NCBI GenBank assembly: GCA_973851085.1
Contig: OZ316776.1
Span: 12,462,001 to 12,526,000, forward strand
Length of the DNA: 64,000 bases
Source: Ptychomitrium polyphyllum
Taxonomy: Eukaryota
Direction: 5' to 3'
Shown here: positions 36,230-49,700 of the stretch, one piece after another
How positions within the stretch are numbered: position 1 is the first letter of the stretch
Layout of the letters: the number at the start of each line of letters is the position of its first letter
The notes under the pieces: generated by a model
Told to the model about the DNA's origin: nothing
Database searches by the model: none
What the model saw: the letters and a program-made list of their open reading frames with translations, nothing else
Made by a program: the position numbers and the translations under genes

Positions 36230-39015
36230 ATGGCATGGGGGAGCTTACAGCATGACGCTGCCTTTCATTGGAGTGCAACTGCCCTGTTCAATGCTTCTGT
36301 AGAAGTGTTGGTAGCCTTCTTAGTTTTCTTATGCACGCTTCTCAACTTCGTCACTTCCTCCTTTATTCGAGTATCTGGATTTCACATCCCTTGTTCTTGC
36401 TGTGCGCATCTTCATAAAGACCCGTCAGCGAATGCAGTCGAATCATCCCAAAATGCTTTCGTATCTCAGAAACCGAACTTGATTAGTGCTCCTATCGTAA
36501 GTGAAGCGAGATTGGGTGATGTCGATCATGGTGATGAATATTTTAGAGAGGGTGAGCTGACTAAGCTCGCAGATTTGTCCAAAATCTATGCTACAACAGA
36601 GAGCGCTTGTGAGTCATCGTTGGAGGCGTTTTCTAAAGTAGAAGGAGAGGCCGCTTCTGAGGACACAAGTGTTCAGCGATTTGAACTAGTGAACGAAAAT
36701 TATAATGACCGGAGTCAGGAGGACGTGGACAGGAATCAATATGCGAAAGATCAAGAGCTGCTGCACGCTCTCCAGTCTGAGCGCGAAATTTTGGCTGCTC
36801 TCTACAGTGAGTTAGAAGAGGAAAGGAATTCTTCTGCAACAGCTGCAAGTGAAGCTCTAGCTATGATATCTCGGCTACAAGAAGAGAAAGCAGCTGTTCA
36901 AATGGAGTCTCGTCAGTTTCAGCGGATGGTGATGGAGAAGGCCATGTACGACCAGGAGGCAATTGAGGTTTTGAAAGAAATCCTTGCGAAACGCGAGGAA
37001 GAGAGAATTGCACTGGAAGAAGAGATGCTGCTGTATAAAGAGAAATTAGAAGCTCTGTTGATGGAAATGAGGGATTCTGCTGAAATAGCTGGAAAAGATT
37101 ATGTACCTATGCTCCTGCTCGAGGGACCCACTATGGATGACAAGGCGACCTCTCCGAAATACGAACGAGCAGAGCTTCTGATGACCGAGAGGATATTTCC
37201 CAATGCAAGGCTTGTTAAGAATGAGGAGTCTGAATTCCTCGATAGGTTAAATAAGACCAAGAGTCAGCTGCTGACTGCTCTGCTACAGGAGGGAATTCCT
37301 GAACCTGCAAGCGCTTTCGTAGAGTCAGCGAGCTTCGCTAATGAGATTCATGAAGCGATGGCCAAAATTCCTGTAAGAGCTGAAAGCCTCTCAACACTTG
37401 ATCACGACAGTCATAAGGACTTATTAGGGTTGGGTGCGATCAAGACAGGTCGTGAGATTGGTCTGCCAGTTCCCCCTCCTAAAGTCCCTAAGAAGGATTT
37501 GGTTAAGGATGATGGAAAAGCTGTTGATAATACCGTGTCTGTTAGCCGTGAGGTTGATCTCCCAACTCCTGCTATTGCTGAGGAACAAACGGAGCAGGTC
37601 TTGGCAAAGGATGGTCGAAAAGCCGCTGATGAGTTTGTGTTCGCCAGCGATGAAGTTGATCTGCCAGCTCTTCCCTTTGCAGCTGTTGAGAAGCAGAATG
37701 TGAAGAAATTGTCGAAAGATGATGGAAAATCTGCTGATAGGACTGAGTTTGTCAGCCTTTTAAATTTGAAGAGAAGGTGGAGCGCCCACGGTTCTCAGGA
37801 AGTTTCAGTAGAGACTCTAGCGAAAGCAAAGGAGGATAGACGTATAGAAGAGAAAAGGCTGTCAGTGTTGGAGTATGTAAGGAATTTGGAAGAGCAACTT
37901 CAACAGCAAGCAGGAAAACCCCCTGCGCAGCTTACTAGGGCAAGGAGTGTTGATGGAAGAGAGCAAGATGGTAGTTTCAAGACTCCTGGTCAATACGAAA
38001 GCAGTTCTGTTTCAGAAACGTCAGGGAGTTCAGGTGGACTTGAAAGGGACGATTTAGTGCAGCGAAGGCTCTTCCCCGACGGAGATTCTCTCGAAAAAGA
38101 GTTTAACATGAACGCTTCTCAAGTCGAGGGAGATGACATGATCTATGCGCAGCAATACAACTTCAATGCTGAAAGTGATGGTAAAGTCAATAACGACGAT
38201 GGGGAATTTTCTGTCAACGCTGGGAAGTCAGAAGAGAGTCCCGACGAAGCTTTATTTATACATGATGTTTATGAGGTACAGAACCACCCCAATGCAGCTC
38301 AATCAAAGTTTGGCGTATGGGTTGCAGGTACTATGTCAGGTTTAGAGATGCAATCTCCTATTTCAGACCGCTTAGGGAAGCCAGATAATCTAAATGTCGA
38401 GGAAGAACATTCACGAAACAGCAATGAACGAGAGAGACAGTTTCTGAGTGTTACTAGAGCCTTCCCGCAAGGAGATGACGACTCTGGATTCGAGACGCAG
38501 TGGAAAGATATTCAGAGGACACAATTTAAGGATTTGCGCGTTTCCACGTTGCTCAGGAAGGAGAATTCTAGGTCTTTAGTGGAAGAAGAGGTTGAACAGC
38601 TGACCTATCGTCTGAAAGCTTTGGAGGCTGACAGGTACCTCATGAAGCAGACAATTGACACTTTGAGAAGAGAGAATGGAGAGATGAAGCTCATTCAAGA
38701 GATTGCCCAGCAGTTGCGCGAGCTGCGGGGCATGGAGCAGAATGAGATGCAGTCAGTGAATGTTTCACCACATACTCTGCAATTTCAGGTACATATTTCA
38801 GCTCCATGCCTTGTCCACTATTTATAAGGTTTTTACTTTATCTTGTCATGACGCTCACAAATTTCGATGGAGGTATCTGCGACCTTAGAATTAGTGTTAA
38901 GGTTGCCTTTACTTTGCTATTCCATTGTTATTTATTAGCATTGAAAGTCATTTACTAAATTGGATTTTAGAACTGATTTTGTGCTGCTCTTTTCCTGGCT
39001 CTTCAGGAGCTGTGA
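36230..39015 (+). CDS. Myosin-binding protein (MyoB; DUF593/GTD-binding/zein-binding domain); exons 36230-38788 and probable 39007-39015
   Basis: N-terminal TM segment followed by IPCSCC. DUF593 core LQSEREILAALYSELEEERNSSATAASEALAMISRLQEEKAAVQMESRQFQRMVMEKAMYDQEAI, then IHDVYEV and C-terminal RLKALEADR..MKLIQEIAQQLRELR. Donor cag|gtacat at 38789, acceptor cttcag|GAGCTGTGA. Confidence 0.9.
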
Positions 39016-42000
39016 GGCATTATGAAGTTACTAATTTTATATAATTGTGGATCCACGAACTTTAGGTTGGTGTTGCTCAGGCTGGCCCAAGCACATGCAA
39101 AAAACGTCGGTTTAATAGTACGCCAAGGGAAGCTTCATGTAGGCCTTGCACCCCTGGTTCAGGGCTTGTTCGCACTTCCCGGTCGCTGCTTGACTTGTGC
39201 ACAGAAGGGGGGAATTATACTCCTTATGGTGTCCTTAGTTAAGGAAGGTAAAGGTAACCAGTCAGAATGAACTCTTGATCGAAATTAACGATCAAGCTAG
39301 AAAGGTTTTATAGAGCTTTAGGTCGGATCTGGTTGATGCTCAAGCTTAACCATAGACAATCCTCCAGATTCTTTACTAGTGAATGTGTATGGTAGACCAG
39401 ACTAGGTTGGTTACTAGTGGCAACTTGGAGAGATAACTCTACAAGTTTTGTACTATAAGGAGGAACTCATGGTGTAACAGTTGGAATTAGCGACGAAGAT
39501 AATTTTCTCTCCCACTTCAGAAAGGTGTGGTATTCTTACCGGCTTGTTATTCGCAGTTCTGTGATGCATTTCTTGCATTTAGAATGATGTAGATCGTTGT
39601 CTCGCTTGAAGAACAGCAATTCTAAATGGAGGTGCTGCTTGTGGTAAACTATACTCTCTTAATTCTTGCACTTGTACTGAATGTAGTTGTTCAGAATGGT
39701 GGTACAAGGGCTACTTCACTTGCATGGTGCGCGCTGGAGTTATTTCTGGAGTCACACCTTTTCTTTTTGAAATCCAGTGGTAAGCACTATCCAAGATGGA
39801 TGGTGCTCTCATCATGGGAAAATCAGATCAAGCAATTTCATTCCAAGAACATCAGTATAAACATATGTTTAATATGAGCCCAATAGTGTAAGCATAAAAG
39901 TTGTATACAATGTAGTGTGTCATTCCAAAAATTTTAAACAGGAAAATAATCATCTGAAGTCTTCTTTGCAAAGCAATATTTTTGTGAATCATAGCATGAC
40001 ATGATTGCTACTCCTGGCGCAAAAACTGAATGCCTACCCAGACATCTTACTAGATGTGGGCGGAGATCAAGTAATGGACCTGCTACCGGACAGATAGTAT
40101 ATTTTTATACTCTAAACACTGTACGTAAGTCATTTACCGGATATTAATACAAATTCTTGTATATATAGCCCGTGTAATAGGTAAGCATGTGTGCATATTA
40201 GCTTCTAAACTATTGGGTCATCTTATGGCCATTTGAGTTGGTGGAGTTTGTCCAATAAGATAATATTAAGTTGGATTAGCTTTTAAGATGTTTGTATTAA
40301 ATATGTTGATAAAAGTCTTGTCTTATAGTAGGCGATGAGGCTAAAGTCCCTTTAGTAATAAATCTCGAGATAAGTTTGATTGACTTTTTATTAAAAGTGT
40401 AATAGAATAATGAAAATAGTGTTAAAAAAGTCTTTATAAATTCTAGTATATAAGGACGTTGTAGCCAAATGTACACACTTAAGAATCATTTAGCAACCTT
40501 ATATTATGTGAAGAAGAGAGTATAATAGAGAATATGTAGTATTATGGAATTTATGTAGAGTTATGGAATTATAGTTGTGAAGTGTGTAATCTTGACTACA
40601 ATATATAAAAGATGAGAGTATTTTGTGTTACAAAGGAGATGGAATTATGTGGTAGTTGATGTTGACAGTTAGCAACAATTTGCACCTCATTATGCATATT
40701 GATGAACAAAGCAACTGTAGTCAACTTTTGAAGTCATGCAAGTTATTATAATATTCTTCAATAGTGAAGCAACTCATTCTATTTGAGAGTGGAATTTGAA
40801 GGTGAATATTTCAAGGATGAGTAAGTGTAGGTTCTAAGATACAAATCCATCCATTATAGGATGGTTTGGTGGAATCCCCCATTTATGAAGTACCTAGATT
40901 ATTTCACCATCAAAGTATTCATCCTCACATTATAACCTTCTTTCATTTCAAAAATGAAAATCCAAGAATAGGTAGTTGTAAAAGTATGTAGACATGGATG
41001 AATAGAGTTGTGAGTCTAATTTGGTGACTTGGTATGCAAATTCTTTTAATTTTGAATGGAACAAGGTTTTGACTATGGAATGGTACTTTTGAATGATGAA
41101 ATCATTCTTTTGAAAAAAAAATGTTGAAAATAAGTTACTAAAAAATATTTGGATAATAGCAATTATCATTTTACATCCTACAAGGATTTTGATTTTATAT
41201 CAAAACTATACCTATTATGTTATAAATGTTTGTAAAAGTGGATTCTTTATTGAATTTTTTTCATTAGATATCTATTATAATCTATCTTTTCTTCTAACGA
41301 TTGCAATCTTGCAATCATCATAGATTTCCAATATTTTCGAACACATTAATGAAAGGCTTCAATGCCGCTTACAATTAGTTTGCATCCACGTCACGGATAT
41401 ATTCCAAACAGCCATAAGCACTTGATTAGTACTGGCAGTCAATGAAGATGTGCCGCTACTTTGAAATCAGAATGTTCAGTTTCTGAGCGCAGGATCGTCA
41501 AGCCACATTATCTGCTCTCAGAATTCACGAGATGCCTTCAGTGACTGGCAGAATTGTAAACGAACTTCATCGTTTAATCAAACTGCTCATGCACAGGACC
41601 AAACAACAACAAACATCTAAAAAGGCCCTGGATCCAATGGACAACTGTTTGAATGTTGACAATCAGACCTAAAATAAAGGTAGCGCCGAATTTGCAAAAA
41701 AATGTCGTAGTCACAAAACCACATCGGCAGAAACATTTCTCTATTCGCATATTTAAACTTAATCAAATACATCGTCAGGGATGTCGTCATTATCAAAGTC
41801 AAGGGCTTCATCATCTACGTTTTAACACTACTGCTAAAAATACTAGAATTTGTCCACCTAGCGTGCACACCCAAATGTCAAATGCCAAATCTTTGGTGAA
41901 CGCAAAATTTGAGCAGCCGTAAGTCAAGTGCTCAACAACTCCAAGTTCTGGTACTGATCTCAGTTTCCAAGTCTGTAAGTTGAAAGGTGGACAAATACTG

Positions 42001-42499
42001 GCTGAGTTCAGCAGCTAAAGAGACCAAAATCAAACCATGCACAAGGAAAAGCCTCATGCATAATCACTCCAACATGGCTTGTGTTTCCTACCAACACTGC
42101 CTCTTCATAAACGAGACGGTAGCAATCTGGATACCTTTCAGTTAAGGCTTGCTGCCACTTGAAAAGTGAAACATCCTCTGATCTACAGGCCATGAAAAAG
42201 AAGATTTTAGAACCAGCACGTGGATGCAGAACCTAAGACCATGATCTCTTGACATGCACTATTGAGCTTCATATATCCACAAGACTAAAGCTTTGGGTAA
42301 GCGTGTGAGGTACTGTAATAAATAAGTGCTTATGAACTTCCTTAGTTTTGAAATATCACCTACTATTAAGCAATTCAAGGCACAGCCATTAGGAGTCTTA
42401 AGCTGCATTGAGGGCCAGCTCAACAACCTTCGATTAAGTTGTTGGACAGCTAGAGGCTGAAAATTAACCTCATTATCGCAGTAATTCATCCTTCAAAAT

Positions 42500-45499
42500 T
42501 TATAAAGAACTCGGTTTGGAAGCACCGGGATCACGAAGATGACCTGGTGCTACCAACACGTCTCCAACACGAGTGGCCTGCGCAATCCCTGTACCTGGTT
42601 GATGTTTGGCCGGAAACAGAACATGAAGCTGCCTCAAAATAAGCTCAAAGCTTGTGAAGGTGATGACCGCTGCAGGAGTAGTTCTCATCAGGTTGGTTGC
42701 ACATCCCCGATAAAATCCTGCAATTCCTTCCGCAACAGATATTTTCTTAATACAGTCCACAACCCCTGTATACCTGAGCTGCACACCCTTTGCGTGACCT
42801 TGTTCCTGGAGCCTTGACCTAACGACCTGCCAACAGATAGTCACATTTATATCAAACCTCATATGACATTATGTGCACAACTATGATGCTTAAAAAAATA
42901 AAATCAAAGTACAAGATGATAAGGAAACTTAGCTCTGGGTGAATTTTCACTATATTCTAAACTAACACAGGGACAAAGTAGACATCAACACAATATACAA
43001 GGTGGGAAGCGGCACCTCATGAGGGTATGTGAGCGTCGAAGCTACCACTTTCGAGAGTGAAGATGCAATTGCTACATTACGTGTACTCAATGAATCTACA
43101 GGTGTCCCATCTACAAAAGTGACAGCTTCGTTAGAGAGCATAGAAGAAGCTTCCAAACAATATAGAAGTCGTATCCTTTCTTCACTAACCATAATCTCTT
43201 CCGTTCCATGTGAAACATATACGTGTAGTAAGTCAAGTGCAACCGTCCTCGACTAGAGCGTGTGGCATTAAAAGTAATCATGAAATAGAAACGCACCTTT
43301 CTCAGCAAAATAATCTTTCAAATACTCGTAAACAGGAAATTGTATCGCCACATGGCTAATTCCTGCCAAGGCTGGCACCAGTCCACTGCTCAAAACAAAA
43401 ACATGACATCGTGGATATCATACGTCTTATAGGAGTAATCATTGAGTAAAATACAGTAGCAAAAGAAGTTAGAAGATACAAGAACAGAAGTACATCATGA
43501 TTCAGTTTCGTCAACAGTGTTTCATTGATATGACTAATGTGAAATTGTGGACATTAAGGTCTTAAGGTGATATCATTTATAAGAACATGCTGTCCTTGAG
43601 CAATTTGAAAACCATATGCATGCACAAGAAGCACCAAACTGCACCTGTATAGCCCCCTAACCCCCTCCTCAGCAAATATGCGATGGAGAGCGGAAAATGT
43701 ACTCTTGTACGGCATTATATCTGTTCTTAAACGCTGCGTCTGCACATATTTCAGTTTGTTGAGATTTAGGGATAGCAACAGGCTACTGAAACACAATTCC
43801 ACCAGATGCTTTTAAAGAAAACATAAATAAGGTCAAGTCCCTGTGTCACTCAATTTCCTCGACAAAGACAAAAAACTGCACCAGGAGAACAAAGTGAAAA
43901 TCAACTCGAGCTTACCTGCAGTCGGGTTTTAACCACCCATAGGGGGTTTGTAACCAAAATAGTAGCTGTTCCAGCTCCTGCAGCCGCTGCGACATTGGCA
44001 CCTAAGGTCATCCTGTGATGACTGGCGTGAGCTGCACTTAATGATTAACCTTGTGAGTGAAAATGCATGAGCAACATACGAAGTTCCATGAATCTACAAA
44101 CAAACTCATCACAGAAAAGGCCCAGGCAGGGACATAACCGATCTCTGACCAGATTGTGAGGTAACACATACTTTGCAACGATGTTCCAGTTGCTAGCTAA
44201 GGAACTCACCAATATCATGATCACTTTGCAGTATCCTTTTGAGCTGCTCATAAACTGTGAAATAAACCTGCACGTGCACACTCTTCTTTGATGCTCTATT
44301 GGAAAATTGCAGTATTAAGAAAATATAAATTCCGAACACCATCCAGAGGTTTTAAGTTTCTAGTACACGACCATCTATGAGTAGAAATGTATTGCTGAAG
44401 CAGATCACACACCATAAAAAGATTAGACTTGCCTGAGCAAGCACGATATTGAAGAATTAGTATCCAAAAGGACAGTTCAGAATGTGATACAAATATAAGC
44501 CTAGTATTGCAGTGATGTATCGTACTCATTTAGAAGAAGAAGAAAGTAGAGAGAGAGACCGCCCAGTTCGGAAGCAAAGCCACCATAGTTGGCGACAAAC
44601 CACGATATAGACCTCTTACACCCTCCTCCCTAAAAATCTGCGACAGGCTTCCAATTATTATTCCACCTGCAGCAACTCACAGTTATATTTTGTCAGGGAT
44701 ACGACCTGATGAATACGAACTTTCACCTACATCACCGAGTCTTACGAGTCAAGCTCGCTAGCAGCTTCATACGAATCCCATTTTCGACATCAAAAGACTC
44801 GGGCACCCTCTTCCCATTTTCCCCTCATCAACGCCACACCACAGATTCGTCTTGCCCCGATACAGAGCTTTTAAAAGTGGAAAAGGAAAACCAGGTAGAA
44901 AAGAAACAACAGCACATGGCAACGAATTCTGCATCTGGTCGCCAGAGGTCCCAACACCACACCTAAATTACGACCACCTGTATCAACAAAAGATTCGATT
45001 TCCAATGTGAAAGCCCAAAATTACCTTTCAGTCCAACCTCAGATTTCAAAGCCGGCCGATAGACCTGTAAACGAGTCTTCACCACATCGAGAGGACACAC
45101 AAAAGTGGCAGCAATGGCTCCTGTACTCATCCCCACGCAGTTAATTGAATTCCAAATTTAATGCAGAAGAATATCAAGACTCCGCATGTTGGAGACACAA
45201 AACTTCCACAATTTAAAGACTAGGCAGATAATCAACACTCAATGTGAATCATCTGCATAGTCCCCAAACAAATGACCTCCGTCCAACACAACAGCAAAGA
45301 GGCAGGATAGCAATGAAAACCGATTTCATCACACCCTCTGTTGCCCCACAAGCAGCACACGCACCACCACATCACAAATTCCCCACACACTATACTTCGC
45401 CTTCAAACAAACCCCAAATCGAAAAGAAACCCAAACGCACGCACCCGCGCCGGCCCCCGCCGCGGCATTGAAAATCTTGGACCGCTGCTCCTCTGGCAT
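42500..45499 (-). CDS. NDT1: Mitochondrial carrier family NAD+ transporter (NDT1/NDT2-like); 9 exons: 45499-45445, 45120-45025, 44666-44560, 44267-44210, 44031-43916, 43739-43645, 43385-43297, 43110-43016, 42826-42500
   Basis: Three carrier repeats with PX[DE]XX[KR]-type signatures: [26 protein letters not shown] (W variant of NAD/FAD/folate carriers) and [15 protein letters not shown]. Also [17 protein letters not shown] and [28 protein letters not shown]1 versus NDT2 cannot be resolved. Confidence 0.92.
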
Positions 45500-45660
45500 A
45501 GTTCAACACCCTCCTATCCGCAACTCCGAAATCTTGATCCACTAGGCGTTTGTCCCACATATCATTCACCCCCACAGCTGATTCCAAACCCACAGAACCC
45601 ACGACACCCACAAAACCCCTTGCCTCAACAAGACACCAAAAACAGAGCCCCTCAACCCCC

Positions 45661-45669
45661 AAACCCTAA
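45661..45669 (+). promoter_or_regulatory. Telo-box (AAACCCTAA) in the NDT 5' region
   Basis: Exact motif ~160 nt upstream of the NDT ATG. Confidence 0.4.
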
Positions 45670-46731
45670 CTCCACCAAACTGCACCAAACTTGACCCAAC
45701 TTCAAACGACCTCAGAAATCCACGCCATTGCTTCCAGCACCACCCAACAACAGTGCACTCGAAGCACCCAAATCTACAAACATCAAAAAGGCTCACGCAA
45801 AAGATCCCGCCATGTGGAGGGATGCAAGTGGTGCCGATGATAAGATGCTTTGAGCAGAGTGTCCTGGTAGTTCTCAAAGCAGAATATATAAGGCGTGTTT
45901 CACGGTGGATTCCAAGGCGGATCTCATCAGTGAGCGAACACACCAGTGCACCTGGAGTGTACGGTTCCGGGGGCTCTAGTAGAACTGCGTTAGGGGTCTC
46001 CTAGGCAAAATTCCGAAGTGTTTTAAAAGCAGGGGTGAGGTTGGGCACGTGGGAGGCGGAGCGGACCGTGGAGACGGAAGCACCGGCTGCCAGAAGGGGT
46101 TCTGCTCTGCTGTTTGGGTCCACTTGAGTCACCGGGATCCGCAGATAATGCGAGCGTCAGGTCGATGCGCGAATGGGGATAAGTGAGACCTCATCCGCTG
46201 TGCACGACAATTTATTGATGTGACGGAAACACACAGACTTGCTCGCAAGCTGGATCGACATCCCGGGCTGCAAGGGGGAACCAAACGAAAGACAAAACTG
46301 CTGACCCCAAATGGACGCGAGCCCCCGCAAACGCATCTCCACCACGCCCGTTCCCCAGCGGGATCGCCCGTTCCCACGCAGGAGGGGAGTGTGGCGATGG
46401 GCAGCCCGGATGGCCGTGGAGACGGCCATGGCGCCATGGCTGCTGTGATGTGAGCTTCTGCCAGGCCGTGGGTGCCGTAGCCCTCGCAGTGCGCGACTCC
46501 CAGCTGCAGCGCCTGCGACCACCGTCCGGTGGACTGCGGACTGCAGACGTGTTCTCGCAGACTCGGCCGCGGAGCGCCATGACGGACCGACGCGAGCGCA
46601 CCCCCAGCCCTACTTAAGCCCCTGTGCAGCGTCGTGGTCGCGTGCGGGAGCCGGTGGGATCCGTCGGGTGGGCGCTCGCCGGAGGCAGCACAGCCCCTGC
46701 GACGGGGATGCGAGACGGGCGCTGGTGAGCG

Positions 46732-49700
46732 ATGTCGTTCTTCGGCACCCCCCCGGGTGGGGCGCAGTCCAGCGGGGCGTCGCCCTTCGCAGCCGGCGCT
46801 GGCGGCCTCTTCTCCACGCCCGCGGCACCGCAACCGTCCACCGGGTACGGCCTTCGCTCTTCTTTGGCGTTTCGGGGGTGGGAGGTCGGGAGTGCGTGTC
46901 TGTGTGTGTCGTGCATTTTCCAGAGTAGCAAATTCCGTTTTGGTCGTCTGTGGGAAGGGCATTGGGAGAGCGGACGGGAACGGCGCTCAGCCCGAGGGTT
47001 GGCGGGCCGTGGATCCCAGACCGTGCGCGTCCACGGCAATCCGCGGGGTGTTCTTTTGAGGCCGACCAGCCGATGCCCCCACTGGAGCCGCGTGCATTTT
47101 GGAAGTGTAGTGCTGGAATGCCAGCACGGTGATCGGCATGCATCCGTTCGCGCGGAGAATTGCCATGTCCGGCCTTCACATGTATCGTTGGGCGTGTTCA
47201 CGGTCGGAGTACCCGCCTGGAATGGCCGGATGAATCACTCGGTGGAGGGTATGAATCATCCGGGCATGCGCGAGGGCATACTGGAAACCTCTCCAGTGCC
47301 TGTTTGACAGGATGTCGCGCGTGTGAGCTTGTGACGACACGAGAGTGCATCGAGGTTGTGTGGGCGCAGCGGGACCTCCCGACGAAACAGTGGCACCGCC
47401 TGACCTGGTTCCGAGAACGGAGGTCTTGGGATACCTTGCGCTCGGGGTTTAGGGTTTTAGGTTTGGGGTGTCCCGCTCCTGGTGCAGGCAAACATCGGTG
47501 TCCCGGCGTGGTGGGTGCTGAGCGACGTGGGATCCGCTGTACTTGGTGTGAACGAAAGCGATGATGAACGGCAGCTGAAGGATGATCGGGTGTGAGATGC
47601 GCAGGTCTGTGTTTGGTGGCGGTGGGGGCTTGTTCGGGTCGACGCCCGCGTTTGGGGCGAGCAGTGGCGGAGGGCTTTTCGGCAGTGCGACTCCTTCGAC
47701 GCCAGCATTCGGAGCATCAGGTACGAGCCAGCTGGTGATGCGGAGGTCGTGTATGTTGTCGGGCCGAGGCGCGTAGCGTTTGGCGTGTGGAATCGGGGGT
47801 TGCAGCGGTGTGGGATTCTGTTCCTCCGGTTCCAGCTTCATCGGTGCGCGCCGTCGTGTGTGCTGGCGGCTTGGTCCTGTCATGTCTGGTGGTCCGCAAG
47901 TCGTGACCCGAACGTTGCCTCGAGTTGACGCGGGTGGATTTTGAGTGGGATGGAGGGGTGTTCGGTGAGTGCGATCGGGGTGCAGCCTGAGACGCCAGAA
48001 CGAATGTGTTGTGGGGGCCTCTCTTGGCATGAGACTGAGGGCCTGTGTTGTGTCCGTCAGGTCAGCAACAGGGAAGCTCGCTGTTTGGGCAGACGCCATC
48101 GCCTTTTGGGCAGGGTCAGCAGACACCAGCGTTCGGACAGAGCCAAGCAAGCTTTGGGCAAGCGCCGCAGGCACCAGCATTCGGGCAGGCAGGGCAGAGC
48201 CCCTTGTTTGGGGGACAGGCGCAGCAGCAGGCATCGGCGTTGAACCAGGCTTCCGGTGGACTGTTTGGGCAGCAGCAGGCGAACGCGTTTCAGAGCCAGG
48301 CGCCGCAGCAGACGAACATGTTCAGCGGCAACCTGACAACCCAGATGGCCCCGGTGGCACCGGTGGTGGTGCCTTTGCCGGACCGGGAGATTCAGGTGGG
48401 GGGTCGTGGAGCAGTGGCAGTGCGAGTGAGAGGTGCATGCATGAGGCGTATGCCTGAGGGTGGTTTGCAGTAGGTGGGGGTGCGGATGGATTTGTCGGGG
48501 AAGCGTGGTTTGGCATGTGTGGGGTGTGGAGCTGGCGGGAGGGAGGAAGGGTTGTGTTCGCGGTGTGTGTGTGTGGGGGGGGGGTTCCAACGCGATGTGG
48601 TGCGTGGCGGTGGGGTCGTGCTGAGTGGTGGAACGATGGGCTTGTTTTGCAGGCAATCGTGGATGCGTACAGAGACGATGTGGGGAACGCTCACGACGGT
48701 TTCAAGGTGGGTGCGGTGCGAGGGTTCCATGTCATGGTGGTTGCGGGCAGCGGGGTGGTTTCGGGCAGCGGGGTGGTTTGGTGCGGTGCTGATGGGTGTG
48801 AGGTTGATAGCAGGTGGATGATGAGATACGGCGATGTAACGTGGGATGTGTGGTTGGTGGTTGGCGCAGTACTTGCTGTTGAGCGTAACGGATCCAGCAG
48901 CGCGGTTCAAACCTGTGGGCGTGTCAGATGTAAGATATCCGGCAGCCCGATGGCCGTTGGGCGGGTGGATAGCATCGCAGGGTGGACAGTTGGGAGTTGT
49001 GTGTGTGTGGTTGTTGTTTGTGGAGGCGATGGGGATGTCGAGATGGGTGGGAGTCGACGAGGCGGTGTTGGGGGAACTGAGGCGGGTTGCGGTTGTGGGA
49101 TGTGGTGTAGATTCTGTGGGCAGAGGCTATGAACAAACTGGAGGGGTTGGAGAGCATGGACAGGGAACGACTGTGGCCGGAGCTGGTACACGGGTTCAAG
49201 GATCTGTCTCGACGGATGAAGGTACGAGTGTGGCGCGTGAGGGGTCGTTTGGGATTGTACCGTCGTGGGTTCCGGCAGGTGCGCGGGAGTGCGGACGCGC
49301 TGGGTTGTACCCTGTAGCAAGTAGCGAGCGCATGTATTCGAGCAGGACAGGGATCCGTTTGTGATCGGGGTGACGTGGGAGTGAGTATGGCATGGTGATA
49401 TTGGCGGCGGCAGATTGCAGTGGTGGTGGTGACGCTGTGGAGTGGGCCCGGTTCCCGTTGGTCGCATCCGCTGCATGGAAGTGCGGTCCGGTGGTGTGGC
49501 ACGGGCGGGTGGAAGGGCATGATGCACGGAGAGGGAGTCGTTTGTTTGTTTGTCGGGGGACGATTTGGCCAGCTGGAGATGAGCGCGGGCACGGTGTGAT
49601 TGGACGTCCATGTGAGCGTAGAGGTGTTGGATGTGGCGACGAGCTTCCATTCGTGTTAGGATCGGGCATGTGGATGTTAGGGTGGTGTGTGTGAAGGGTG

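Noticed and set aside
47445..47467. Telomere-like repeats as a possible telomerase RNA template or interstitial telomere
   Set aside because: There are only ~2-3 degenerate units inside an intron, which fits a telo-box. No USE/TATA snRNA-type promoter was seen.
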